A stretch of DNA of 64,000 nt. Origin: Antedon mediterranea. Lineage: Eukaryota > Animalia > Echinodermata. The position numbers and the translations under genes are program-made. Positions 12,800-25,619 of this stretch are shown one piece after another (positions within the stretch are counted from its first letter, which is position 1; each line of letters opens with the position of its first letter). The DNA lies in assembly GCF_964355755.1 (NCBI RefSeq), contig NC_092673.1:11132948-11196947 (forward strand), read 5' to 3'. A model generated the notes under the pieces. The model was not told the origin of the DNA, did not search any database, and saw nothing but the letters and a program-made list of their open reading frames with translations.

Positions 12800-13590
12800 C
12801 CATTTTAAACAAATTTGATTTGCAAATGTTTTTCAATATTGATTATTGTAATAAGTGGCTTTAATGGTTTTAAAGAAAAAAATATTATAGAAGATAACAT
12901 AACATGGCTTAACAAGGCTCAAACTAAATCATCCTTAACAAATTACTAAATGAACCTAAAATGGAAAAATACTTATTGGAAAAACGTAGCTACCATGCAT
13001 CAAGTCTAAAATTCAAAGCTCGTTCTAACTCATTACCACTTGAAGGAAGAAAGGAAGCTTGGTCACCACAAAATTTAGGATCATGTTTGTTATGTAATTG
13101 TCGTGAAAAAGAAACAATTTATCACTTTGTATTCAATTGTACTAGATTAATTAATATTAGAAACTCAATATTTAAACAACTTAAAGAAGATCTATACCAC
13201 AATGATTTGCATAAAATATGGGACTATTCACGTCAAGCTCACCTGAACTTAAATATCACCTTTTTTTTGACGACCTAGAAATTCATGAAGAATATCAAAT
13301 CCAATGTATAAACAATATTAACTATGTTTAGCAAGTAACATCTTTGACAAATATTGTAAATTATTTTTAACAACTTCATGGAAAGAACGCAACGAAATTT
13401 ATAATATCCTTCCATAACACAATCTTTTTAAATGTATTGAATGAATGTTTATAACCTAATGTTTATATACTTTTTAATGTAATAATTTATAATGTTTGTA
13501 TTTGATTGTGTAGTAAGATAAGTCCATATTTATTTTTTTGTTGTTGCACATCTCTTGAGAATTGTGCCAGTCTGTTATTATTATTACACT
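12800..13590 (+). mobile_element. degenerate 3' fragment of a non-LTR retrotransposon with C-terminal zinc knuckle
   Basis: ORF 12961-13278 has LKFKARSNSLPL..CLLCNCREKETIYHFVFNC (CX2C..E...H...C, typical of LINE ORF2 C-termini). Short (ATT)n tail near 13575. Confidence 0.55.
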
Positions 13591-14244
13591 ACACTACTAT
13601 CTTTGCTGTTAAAGAATAGCACGGGCTATACCATTTTACTGTGGGTATTTGCGCTCAAATTTATAACAAAATAACGATTTCCTGATTGCTGCCCTCTATA
13701 TATTTTATTCAATGGATTTTTAACTGTATTAAAAGATAGCGTCACTATCTATTTGCTGTATTGTATAAACATAACTCGTCTTTTCTTTTTTTTTACTCGG
13801 GGTACCCGAGTCTAGGACTTACTCATCTTCTCCTCTTTGTCCATCTGGACACTATTGAGTAAAAAGTGCGATTTATAAAGTACTACTCCTCCCTTATTCG
13901 TTGTAATATTGAGCTGGGATTTGGCATGAATATACTACAGGGACATGTCCTCAAAGCTATAGAGCCATATTTTTAAATTTCAAACCGGATGCAGCCATAT
14001 CACGTCTCAAAGATGGTACCGTATAGCCGTATTTGGTGGAGGTTATTGATGTGTATGTGACGTTACATCCCGTCATATGAAAGCAGAGGGCGCTATGTAA
14101 TGAAGACGTACAGTTACTGAGCTCCGTCAAAGCTAAAACTTATCGAACTCCCAAAAGTAAGTTAAAGGATGAAATAAACTGAACGTAAGTTTTAAACAGC
14201 TTCTACAATCAAATAAAAGTAAAATAAGAATTCGATTGTAAAAA

Positions 14245-15060
14245 ATGAGTGCTACTAGAGCGAAATCTAAACAAATATCTGAAACTACTGAGGCAACGCC
14301 TATGCCACGTCAGCTTAAAGTTCCCGCGACTACCGACTTGAGGACTGACACGTCATCTTCTGAAATAAAGGCCCTGCGAAAAGATCTAAAAGAGATGTTT
14401 GTTGATATTAATAAAAGAATCGAAGATGGAATATCGTCGATCAAATCCAATCAACAAGTACTAATAGAAAGAATAACAAAAGTGGAAGAAACACAACGTA
14501 TTATGGACCAGTCATTGGAATATTACACAACATCCACTACGGAAACCCAAGCGAGTGTAAGTAGATTAAATACACGTATTGACAACATTGAAACAGAACT
14601 GAAGGAGAAAAATAAGCAAATTAGTAACCTAGAAGTGGATATTCATAGAATGGAAAGATATTCAAGAGGATTTAATTTACGATTTGGAGGAATAAATGAA
14701 GATGAGAACGAAAATACACTAGATAAACTAAATACACTTATAAGCGATAAACTACACTTGAAGGATATTAACATTGAAAACGCCCATAGAACCGGTAAAC
14801 AGACCAGAGGAGACCAAAAACGTAGGCAAATAATTGCTAAATTTATCTATAGGCCAGAACGAAACGAGGTTCTTAAGAAGGTGAAGTCACTGAAAAATAA
14901 AGATTTTTATGCAATGGAGGACCTTACAGCATCAGATGCCAAGAAGAAACGTGAGTACCGAGACATAATGTTGAAAGCATACAATGAAGGAAGACATCCT
15001 GTATTTAGAAATGGATCATTATATATAGATGGGAGACTATACCGTGAACCTACAAAGTGA
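14245..15060 (+). CDS. LINE ORF1 (coiled coil + L1-like RRM/CTD)
   Basis: 271 aa; coiled coil followed by ERYSRGFNLRFGGI.E...IENAHRTG..RQIIAKF...EDL motifs typical of Tnp22-like ORF1. Confidence 0.8.
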   Translation: MSATRAKSKQISETTEATPMPRQLKVPATTDLRTDTSSSEIKALRKDLKEMFVDINKRIEDGISSIKSNQQVLIERITKVEETQRIMDQSLEYYTTSTTETQASVSRLNTRIDNIETELKEKNKQISNLEVDIHRMERYSRGFNLRFGGINEDENENTLDKLNTLISDKLHLKDINIENAHRTGKQTRGDQKRRQIIAKFIYRPERNEVLKKVKSLKNKDFYAMEDLTASDAKKKREYRDIMLKAYNEGRHPVFRNGSLYIDGRLYREPTK

Positions 15061-15399
15061 CCAGACCACACTCTGTTAGTAAGCAACACACTTATTTAAC
15101 ATGAGATGGTATTTATGTAATTTGGACAAAATACTATCCATGTCTTGTTATTATACACAGCCCCACATTGCTGTGAACTGTTGCATACAGTGCATTCATA
15201 TAAGTTGGGGTTGTTTATAAAATTGTATATAAATTTGTATTACTACATTCATTAATAAGGGGTCACGGTAAAATAAAAAAAAATTTATGACGGGGAGCTA
15301 ATGTACAGATATAGCAAATAAGGTTATATTTATTATCAAATATTTCTTTGTCATTAGGCCCTATAATTAACTGATATTTATTTATATTAACGAAATTAT

Positions 15400-18323
15400 A
15401 TGTTTTCAATTCTAAATATTGATAATTTTAATTATGAAGACGAAAATACAACCGCATTTAACTATAAGGAAAACTATTACTTTAGTATTGATACATTTAA
15501 ATCCACGTTCAGTCAAACTTCAACTAATAGTTTTTCTATGTTTGCATTAAACTGTAGAAGTATTGTTAACAAATTTGAAGAATTTAAAAATTATGTATCC
15601 TCTCTCGATTTTGAATTTAATGTAATAGGACTTACTGAAACTTGGCTTTCAAGCAAATATCACCTTGGTTTATATACACTTCAAAACTATACACCTATCT
15701 TTAAAAACAGAGAAACCCAGACAGGGGGATGTGTAGCATTGTACATACACTCAAATATATCATATCAAATAAGAAATGACTTGTCTGCTATGATAAACGA
15801 GGGAGAGTGCATTATAATTGAATTAAAAAATAATGATAAATCAATTATATGTGGAATAATTTACAGGCCCCCTAAAGCCCATATTCCAACATTTAATAAT
15901 CAACTTAGTGAATTAATGCACATGATAAACAATGAAAATAAAAAGGCATACCTTATGGGTGACTTTAACCTAGATCTACAAAAATATAACTGTGACAATA
16001 ATGTTCAAACTCACGTAGACAACATGCTAACAGAATCTTTCATTCCACTAGTTAATAAACCCACCCGAATCACAAAAGATACCGCAACAGTAATTGACAA
16101 TATTTATACAAATTATCAGGAATTCCAAAATATTAACACAGGGATATTAGTTAACGACATATCTGACCACTTTGCAGTTTTCTGCATGGATGATTCAGAA
16201 AATTATTCATTACCACGATCAGAAAAATTTATAATAAAAAGAAGCTATACTGATCAACAAAAACGGCAATTTAGACTTGAATTACAGGGCTATGATTGGC
16301 AATATGTAACTAGCATTGAAAATTCGAATGAATCATATAAATGTTTCTCAGATTCTTTAAAAACAATGATAGATAAGCATTTCCCACTAAAAAGAGTTAG
16401 ATTAAAAGTAGATACAATTAAATCCCCGTGGATAACATATGGAATTCAAAAATCTCTTTGTACCAAAAATAAATTATACATCAAATATAAACAGAAACCA
16501 ACAGATATAAATAAATCTAAATATAAGAAATATAAGAATAAGTTAACATCAATAATAAGAGAAAGGAAAACTATTTATTACAAAAATGAATTTGAAAAGC
16601 ACAAGAGTAATATAAAGAAAACATTGGGTGTCATAAACTCATTATTAGGTAGGAAGAAATATCAAGACATGCCTCAAAAAATGAAAATCAACTCCCATCA
16701 ACTTAATGACCCAACATCCATAGCCAATGCGTTTAACACATACTTTATAAATATAGGTGACCAAATGACAGGTGATGATAACCGTAATAGTAACACCGAA
16801 TATAAAATACAACATGACATTTTGAATTCAATGTTTTTTAGAGCTGTATCCGAGTCCGATATCATTAAATACATTAATGACTTAAATGTAAATAAGTCAA
16901 GTGGTTGTGATGACATTGGTACCATTTATATAAAAAATAACTCAGATATACTGGCTAAACCGTTATCTCATATAATCAATGTATCCCTTCAATCGGGTGT
17001 ATTTCCTTGTCAACTAAAAATTGCTAAAACAATTCCTGTGTATAAAAAAGGAGCAAGAGAGAACATAGAAAATTATAGACCGATATCGATATTACCATGT
17101 ATATCTAAGGTATTTGAAAGGGTCGTATATGACCAAACAATCGCTTTTTTGTGTAAATATGATATGTTACATGAATCTCAATATGGATTCAGGGCAGGTC
17201 ATTCAACTAACCACGCCCTCCTACAAGTCCTTGATAAAATAACAACAGCCGTTGACAACAAGCAATTTATGATTGGCGTATTTTTGGATTTATCCAAGGC
17301 GTTCGATTCGATAGATCATGAATTATTGCTCACAAAATTGCCCCATTATGGAATAAGAGGCGTGGTTCTTGATTGGTACCGAAGCTACCTTAGAGAAAGA
17401 CAACAATTCATACAAATTGGGAAGTGTCAGTCTGTAACCAAAATAATAAAACAAGGCGTTCCACAAGGGTCAATCCTTGGACCCCTGCTGTTTTTGATTT
17501 TCATAAATGACATATGTTTTCTGTAAGTAATGTCGTTGATTTAATAATGTTTGCAGATGATACGAATATGTTTTTACAACACAATGATATCGTCACTGCC
17601 TTTACAATAATGACAAATGAACTAAATAAAATTGAGAAATGGTGTAAAACTAATAGATTAACTATTAATACAACCAAGACTACGTATATGTTATTTAGTG
17701 GAAAGAATACCAACATTGACACATCCCAATTTGTACTTTCAATAAATAGAGTTTCAATAGATAGAGTACCATATACTAAATTTCTCGGTGTCATCATTGA
17801 TGAGAAACTGAACTTTAGACACCATACAAATGCAGTTTCTTGTAAAGCATCCTCAATAATTGGTGCCATGTGTCATATAAAAAAATTAGTATCTACTGAA
17901 GTGTTACTTACCATATACAAGACACTTATATTACCAGTGTTGACATATGGTATTATTGTATGGGGTGCGGGAAACAAAGACAATTTGGATCGCCTTCTAT
18001 TGCTTCAGAAAAAAGCTCTTAGGATCATTTGTAAGGTAGACTTTCATCATCCCTCTTCTCAGCTCTTTGTGAAAACGGGCACATTTAATATATTTGATTT
18101 GTATAAAAACAGTGTTTTAAATTTTATGTTTAAATACCAAAAAGGACAACTTCCAAAATGTTTTAATTCTTTATTCAGTTTATTTGATAATTATCATACA
18201 TATAACACTCGAAATAAAGACAATTATTGTATAAAATTAAAATCAACTAATATGGGTCAGCAAAGTATAGCATATAGAGGACCTAAGCTATGGAATCAAC
18301 TTATAAGAAATATAAGAGAGTGA
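15400..18323 (+). pseudogene. LINE ORF2, APE endonuclease + reverse transcriptase, single frameshift at ~17520
   Basis: LNCRS, LTETWL, IYRPP, MGDFN, SDH (APE); YRPISIL, QYGFR, FLDLSKAFD, GVPQGSILGPLLF; FADD in the second frame (17514-18323). Confidence 0.9.
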
Positions 18324-18824
18324 AAATATATCAATATTTAAAAAACTATTACTAAATAAATGCATTAATAGTTATAAAGAAACAATATATCTTTGCGAAA
18401 ACAACATTTGTAAAATATGTCTAACTTTAACTTAATTAATTACATGTTCGTATATATTCTGAGACTGATGTATAGATATATATTATATTATAGTACGTTG
18501 TATTTTCCTTCATTTATTTACTACATGAAAACATTTTTGTAATATATTTGTAAATTTATATTTTAAGTTAGGGTGCCACAGATTAAAAGCTTTGCTTGCT
18601 TGTGGTTATCCTGTTTTTCACACTTTATTGTACTTAATCTTTTATTTATATTTTTATGAATGTTGTGTGAAAAATAAAAGAATCAATCAATCAATCAATC
18701 AATTACAGCTTCTTTTGCTGCACCCCGAGTATCGCACATTCGTGCTTTTTTGTTAATTAATTAATTTGTTTAATTAAGAAGCCACAATGTGTGACACACA
18801 CCACAGCGTTATGTAGTTATATGC

Positions 18825-18897
18825 GGCTTCTTGACGAAGTGGTTATCACGTCTGTTTAACTCGCAGAAGGTCCCCGGTTCGAGCACGGGCGAAACCT
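18825..18897 (+). pseudogene. tRNA-Val-derived pseudogene / SINE head
   Basis: AGTGGTTATCACGTCTG..GCAGAAGGTCCCCGGTTCGAGC matches the eukaryotic tRNA-Val core; anticodon loop TTAACTC; acceptor stem has mismatches. A partial second copy lies at ~19104-19135 with the same downstream sequence. Confidence 0.65.
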
Positions 18898-19879
18898 TTT
18901 TTTGAATAACTTTATGGTGAAAAGTACTGTATACGCAATATGATATAAAGTATATCTTATTTTTATTATTTTTTAAAATATTTATTTTGTGTAATCGGTA
19001 ATTATCACTTTTACACATGTTTATCTTGCTTTGTGCTTATTACCATATTTATTTGTAATTTAAATGGATTAAAAAACTTTGTGTAACCCATATTTTTGGT
19101 GTAAGAAGGTCCCCGGTTCGAGCCCTGGCGATACCATTTTTCTTAAACTTTATGGTCAAATACAGTGTACTGTATACCTAATATGATATAAGTATATCTC
19201 GTTTTATTACTCGGGGTACCTGAGTCTAGGACTCTCTCATCTTTTCCTCTTCTTCTTCCATCCAGACACTATTTAGCAAAAAGTGCGATTTATCCTCCCT
19301 TATTCGTTGTAGTATTGAGCTGGGAATTTGGCATGAATATACTACAGGGACATGTCCTCAAAGCTACAGAGCTGGATTTTTAAATTTCAAACCGGATGCA
19401 GCCATATCCAGTGGCGGATCAAGACGGGGGCGCACCCTCCGCATGCCCCCCCCCCCCTATAAATCTGGATTTAAAAAAATTATCCAACCATAAGGGAAAA
19501 AAAAATGGGAGAAAAAGCGTAAAAATAAAAAAGAGTAAAGTACTTTCACTTTTGATTAAAATACATTGTTTCAGCGCCGTGCTAATTTACTTCTTATTAG
19601 AGGTCACCATTGCCGTTGCTGTCTGTAAATTTCTAAAAGTTGCGAAATGAATTGCCTATTTTCACCTGAAACGCATTTTGGTCCCTGGATGTAACATGAT
19701 ATTGACGCGTGTATCGTACCCTCTCGGGGCACGAACGATTCGTACAAAGGACACCGCCATACAACCGCGTAGGCCTACCTATTGTTTAGATCGCTGGCAG
19801 TCAGCAAGCATAAATAAAAGTGTATATACGTCAAAAATGGAACGCCGTACCGTGGTTACCTACAGATCATCATCATAGG

Positions 19880-21515
19880 TAGTCTGGGCTCCAGACGGAG
19901 TTTTGTCTTAATATTAGTAAAAATATAAATATTTTTGCACATATGGCGTTTCATACGTGTATTACTTGAGTTTGGATACTCCGTCTGGGGAAACACGCAC
20001 AAGTCACGTGGTTTGACACCAAGAATTCTTGGTGCATACGATTATCCGGTTGACTAGTTTCAGCTGCATGCGATTGGCTACTCACTCGTACACTGTTTTA
20101 ATATTCATATTTCAGAATTTCAAAGACTCAACATCTAAGACGATACGCATGCGCTATATTACGTTTAGACAATGTGTACTTGGGTACATTGATGAAAGTT
20201 TCTGAAAGCTAGAAATGATTTTATATGCCTAGTAGTCTGGTAAACATTTGATGGGATTTTTCCCAAGAACATGAAAACTCGTCTTGATATTTTAGGCTAG
20301 CTTCTCCGCAAATCAAACATTGAATGGATCATTTATTATGCGGAGGTAATTTAATTTATTTCCCACCCATCCATACCCTGTCCTGTTCTTTGTGGTGGTG
20401 TAGCCCTGCCTGTTGTGTGCCGGTCGGTGGTGGTATGTACCTTATTGGCGATCTATTTGGCAGGTCATACGTACGAGTTGAGTATCCCTACGAAGGAGGC
20501 CTAGGCCAGGACTAAACAATTAATAAACAAAACAACTTGGCAACACGATTTTATATTTCAACAGTTGTTCAGTCTCGATCGTACATTCAGCACTGGACGT
20601 ACTCTATCTTTTTCATTTTGAAACAAAATGATCATTGGTTGATTCGAAATCCATATTTACATACCGCCCGCCCCATATAGCCAAATACGGTATTATAACT
20701 AGTCTGGGTTCCAGACGGAGTTTTGTCTTAATATTAGTAAAAAGATAAATATTTTGGCACATATGGCGTTTCATACGTATACTACTTGAATTGGATACTC
20801 CGTCTGGGGAAACACGCACAAGTCACGTGGTTTGACACCAAGAATTCTTGGTGCATACGATTATCCGGTTGACTAGTTTCAGCTGCATGCGATTGGCTAC
20901 TCACTCGTACACTGTTTTAATATTCTTTTTTCAGAATTTCAAAGACTCAACAACTAAGATGATGCGCATGCGCTATGTTACGTTTAGACAATGTGTACTG
21001 GGTACATTTATGAAAGTTTCTGAAGGCTAGAAATTATTTTATATGCCTAGTAGTCTGGTAAACATTTGATGGGATTTTTCTCAAGAACATGAAAACTCGT
21101 GATATGATAGGCTAGCTTCTCCGCAAAGCAAACATTCGGAATGGATCATTTATTACGCGGAGATAATTTTGATCTAATTTCCACCCAGACCCTGTCCTGT
21201 TCTGTGTGGTGGTGGTGTAGCCCTGTTGTTGTGTGCCGTCGGTGGTGGTATTTAGGCCTACTTTATTGGCGTTTTATTTGGCAGGTCATACGTGCGAATT
21301 GAGTAGGACCTACGAAAGAGGCCTAGACCAAGGACTAAAAAATTAATAAACAAAACAACTTGGCATTACGATTTTATATTTCAACAGTCTCGATCGTACA
21401 TTCAGCACTGTACGTACTCGATCTTTTTCATTTTGAAACAAAATGATCATTGGTTGATTCGAAATCCATATTTACATACCTCCCGCCCCATATAGCCAAA
21501 TACGGTATGATAAAC
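19880..21515 (+). repeat. 820-bp tandem duplication
   Basis: Units start TAGTCTGGGYTCCAGACGG at 19880 and 20700 and are colinear throughout. Confidence 0.9.
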
Positions 21516-21765
21516 TACGTCATTCTTATCGGATGTTTGCGGTCTGCAAATCGATTTCTATACGTGTTTCACAAGTCTGTATTTTCAGACAAAAATCGCG
21601 GTCGAAATAAAAACAAATAAATAAAAAAAAAGATAATACAGACTTGGCAAGTCTATATTATAACCTACGTCATTCTTATCGGATGTTTGCGGTCTGCAAA
21701 TCGATTTCTATACGTGTTTCACAAGTCTGTATTTTCAGAGAAAAATCGCGGTCGAAATAAAAACA

Positions 21766-22366
21766 AACTAGAGGGTACTCCGAGAGTACAAACCTCCGCC
21801 TACTGTAAAATTCCCCTACATAAAATTCCCCCTGAATATTTTTTTTTTTACATTTTTTTTTATTAGTTCTAAGTGTAAATATGTTAACTGCACACTACAA
21901 AGTTGTGGATGACAGTGTGGTGTAATGGTTATGTATCCAGCCTCTCACAGTTGAGATCGCTGGTTCAAATCCCACTGAGGGTTTTTTTTTTTATTATTTT
22001 TTAATTTTTTTTTTTTTTTTTTTGTGGACCTTGATCTTTGACCCTGACCCTTCAAAATTTAACCACAATTATATGATGTGTCATTGATCATTGTGGCTAA
22101 GTTTGGTGAGAATCGGATCAAAACTGTGGTCTCTAGGCAGTAAAATAGTTTTTTGTTAGTTGTGACCTTGACCTATGACCTTTCCCCCTCAAATTCGAAC
22201 TCGTCCGAGCTTTTTGGGCATAGATCATTGTGTCCAAATTTGGTTAGAATCGGATAAAAACTGTGGCCTCCAGGCTGTTCACAGACACACACACAAACAC
22301 ACACACAAACACACACACAAACATACAGGGGTGAAAACATAACCTCCTTGGCGCGGCGGAGGTAAT
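21766..22366 (-). mobile_element. Helentron/DINE-like element family C copy 1
   Basis: On the minus strand it starts TTATTACCTCCGCC, has a (TG)-rich microsatellite, and ends GGCGGAGGT + GTACTC..GAGTAC hairpin + CTAGTT. It splits a 150-bp repeat unit. Confidence 0.75.
21911..21982 (+). ncRNA. tRNA-like Pol III cassette inside the Helentron-like element
   Basis: A box TGGTGTAATGG and B box GGTTCAAATCC at tRNA spacing, followed by a T-run; stems are degenerate. Confidence 0.5.
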
Positions 22367-25300
22367 AAATATAAAAAAAGACAATAAATACAGACTTGGG
22401 GAAAGTCTACATCATAGGATATGTTGTACAATAACTGTGGTAACTGTGTACTGTAGTATACATTATAGCAACCGATTTTTTTTCTAGGCCACCCACCCAA
22501 CTGTATCAATACCTATTTATATTTCTTTATATTTAATTTCTTCAACAAATTGATTTAAATAAATATTGAGCTATATTAAGCATTACATGTGCGCATTAAA
22601 TTTGGGCTTCCCCTAGATGTACGTTCGCATTTGAACTTGAACGCAACGCAATCAAAACAAAATACTGAGTAAATGAAATCGGCAAAAAATGTTATATCTT
22701 CCTGTAATTAGTCACGTATTATATGATCGTTTTGGTTTTGCTCATTGGTAACATGCTACATATGAGTGTCTTTTCCTGAAAATTAGAGGTGCCATTTATC
22801 ATGAATTTTATGTGCGAGCGTACCATTTCTTCCGGCCATCTGGGGAGTCATTTAACATTCGCCACAGGTCCTGTCAACGGCCCTGGACAAGCACCTTTTT
22901 CCGCCATGTACGTGCAAACGCCCTGTTGTGACACTTTTGCTCAAAATAGGCCTATAGGGAAAATGTCACCCTTTAATGGGCTAGTACCTCAGTTTTCATA
23001 TTTAAAATATCAATTTTAAATACATTTATTTAACGTGAGAGTGCCATTTCCGACCGTCTAGCGGTGTTACATTTTCAAAATCGCCTCAACTCAGCCCCAA
23101 CCATAGTGGGGCTGAGTTTGTTAGAGGTGCCATTTATCATGAATGTTATGTGCGAGAGTACCCTTTCTTCCCGCCATCTGGGGCGTCATTTAACAAAGGT
23201 CGTTTCGCCACAGTTCCTGTCGACGGCCCTGTACAAGCATCTTTTCCGCCATGTACGTGCAAACGCTGACTTGCGCGAAATGCCCTGTTGTGATGCTTTT
23301 ACTCAAAATAGGCCTATAGGGAAAATGCCACCCTTTAATAGGCTAGTACCTCAGTTTTCATATTTAAAAAATCAATTTTTATTACATATTTAACGTCAGA
23401 GTGCCATTTCCGACCATGAGGTGTTACTTTTTAAAAATCGCCTCAACTCTGCCCCAACCATGGCGTGGGGCTGAGTTGGTGTGGACTTTCTACAGTGGCG
23501 CCCCCCCCCCCCCCTTTCACAAAATCCTGGATCCGCCTCTGATATCACGTCTCGAAGATGGTACCGTATAGCCGTATTTGATGTGTATGTAACGTTACAT
23601 CCGGTCTTATGACGTCATTACAGCTTCTTTGCTGTACCCTGAGTATCGCACATTCGTGCTTGTTCTTCTTATTTCTACTTTGATAAATTACGGTGTATTT
23701 TGTAGTATGATTTAAGGTTTTTATTTCAATTGCTATATACAATATAAGAAATAATACAAGGTCAAAACATGGAGATGTAAATCCAAAATGATCAAGGCGA
23801 TTTTCCATCAAGAAAATACCCGGTAGGGTACGGATCATACTATACTGGATAATCTTTAAAAAGCATAACATGGCACAGGCGTACCTGCAATAGTGTTTAA
23901 ATTTCATATAAATATTATTTTGATGATTTGCATCTCTAAATATAATTATTAAGAATGTCGGTTTTAATTCAATTTAAGTTTCATCTTATTCAATAACAGA
24001 TTCATCCTTTTAACATGCTCTTTTAAAGCTCTGTTTATTAAATTTTAGGTTTGTTATATTGGAACAAAAAGTTATTTTTAGGGCGAGTTTGTTTTGTTGT
24101 AGGCCTACTTGTTTGTAATAACAAACCAATTTAACGATGACCACCATACTTACCAACATGAGAGATTTAAAATGCAGAACAGACTATTTTCAGCCCACTC
24201 CTCTTGGCGGCCTGCGACGGAAACAAATTTAGTTCACTGGCACTCCTGATGGCCGGAAATATTTTACTCTCGCACGTAAAATTCATGATGAATGGCACCT
24301 CTTGTATTCTGGTACGGTAATGCAAATATTATTTTATTTTTATTTAACATATTCATACAGGATTATATACACAATCAGATAGAAATATATTTATTTTGCA
24401 TTGTGGTCCTTGATAAATTACCATTCCTAACATACAGTATCATAGTGTCTACATTAACATTCTAGAATAAGAGTATGTTTAGATTTAAGAAACCATGCAT
24501 GTATAATTATAAGAACATGTATGCTATTAATAGAAACTGTGACTAACGCGTGGTTATCGGCCCATCACGGCGAGCGACCACGGTAAAATTAATTGTACTT
24601 TTCCCCTGATTACGTATTTTATTGATGTGTGGTGTTATAATATGAATACTCGCATAATGTTCTATACTTTTAAAATATACTAATTAATTTGAATGCATTT
24701 TCCTCTCAAATTGTGATAAAAAATGTTAACGCATCGCATGAAGGCCTACTTAGGCCTATGTGTTCAAAAGCGTGTTTCATTAAAAATCAATTGAAATGAC
24801 GGTTGGTAACTATGGACCACATAAATAATTCTAAGTAGCCCTACCATTTTGTTTGTTGAAATTAATCGTATCGAAAATTACAAAGCCTTTGAATAATATG
24901 TTATGTCGTAGCTGTCACGAACTCTGTTACGTATGTTTCCGAGCGGTTGAAAATACTTTAGGAACTCCCTTGTGACATAAAAGTATAAACACAAAATCCA
25001 CAAAGTTGTAAAATTAATCAACTTGAACTTTCAACAATCCAGTAAGCACTTTAAACAACAGATTCACAATAAATTTTACAATCTAATATCCAACCTTCTT
25101 CAAAATAAATGCTTCAATCAAAAATCACTCTCCCTCCATACAATTGTCATAATATTTTTTAATTTATTTTGATTCATTGTTAAGTTAATCATTTTATGTA
25201 TTCTTGTATGCTGTATTTTACACAACATTTTTATTGAATGAAATTATTAGTGTTCATCACATGGAACTAAAGTAAACTCAAACAAGATAAAATCAAATAT

Positions 25301-25619
25301 ATTTATTAGCGATTGAATGATGCTGTTTATTAAAAAACACGCTCTCATGGAAAATCACAGAAATTACGTAACTGTACCTTTATTTTATTGAATGGAATTA
25401 TTAGTGTTCCATCACATGGAACTAAAGTAAAGTCAAACATAATTCTGATAAATTCATGTGAAGTGCTTAAAATCAGCAAATATAACACATTTTAATATTA
25501 TAACAAATGTTAGTGATGTTAATAAATTACAAAGTTAGTGATCATAAATAGAATTCTTTTACATTTCTATAAAATGTTGTTATTATACAACATATAAATG
25601 TAAATTTTTCGAACCATTT

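Larger units (their letters stand above)
14081..18701 (+). mobile_element. near full-length CR1-group (Crack/L2-like) LINE
   Basis: Two ORFs, AATAAA and an (AATC)n tail. Boundaries defined by comparison with the uninterrupted host element at 23580-23660; no TSD, ~4 bp target loss. Confidence 0.85.
13792..18754 (+). mobile_element. Helentron/DINE-like element family B copy 1, interrupted by a LINE
   Basis: Start TTACTCGGGGTAC, end CACCCCGAGTA + hairpin GCACATTCGTGC + T-run. Colinear with 19207-19408 + 23542-23664. Confidence 0.7.
19409..23541. mobile_element. non-autonomous hAT-type element with 5-bp TSD
   Basis: TIR CAGTGGCGGATC / GATCCGCCTCTG; TSD ATATC (19404-19408, 23542-23546). The empty site is visible in the sister copy (GCCATATCACGTCTC at ~13994). 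Confidence 0.8.
19207..23664 (+). mobile_element. Helentron/DINE-like element family B copy 2, interrupted by a hAT-type element
   Basis: Same termini and body as 13792-14080 + 18702-18754. Confidence 0.7.

Noticed and set aside
18825-18897. Functional tRNA-Val gene
   Set aside because: Acceptor and D stems are mismatched, and a partial duplicate with a shared tail lies nearby.
22786-24300. Single TIR element bounded by GAGGTGCCAT inverted repeats
   Set aside because: It would cross the boundaries of the TSD-defined element ending at 23541; more likely separate fragments of one family.
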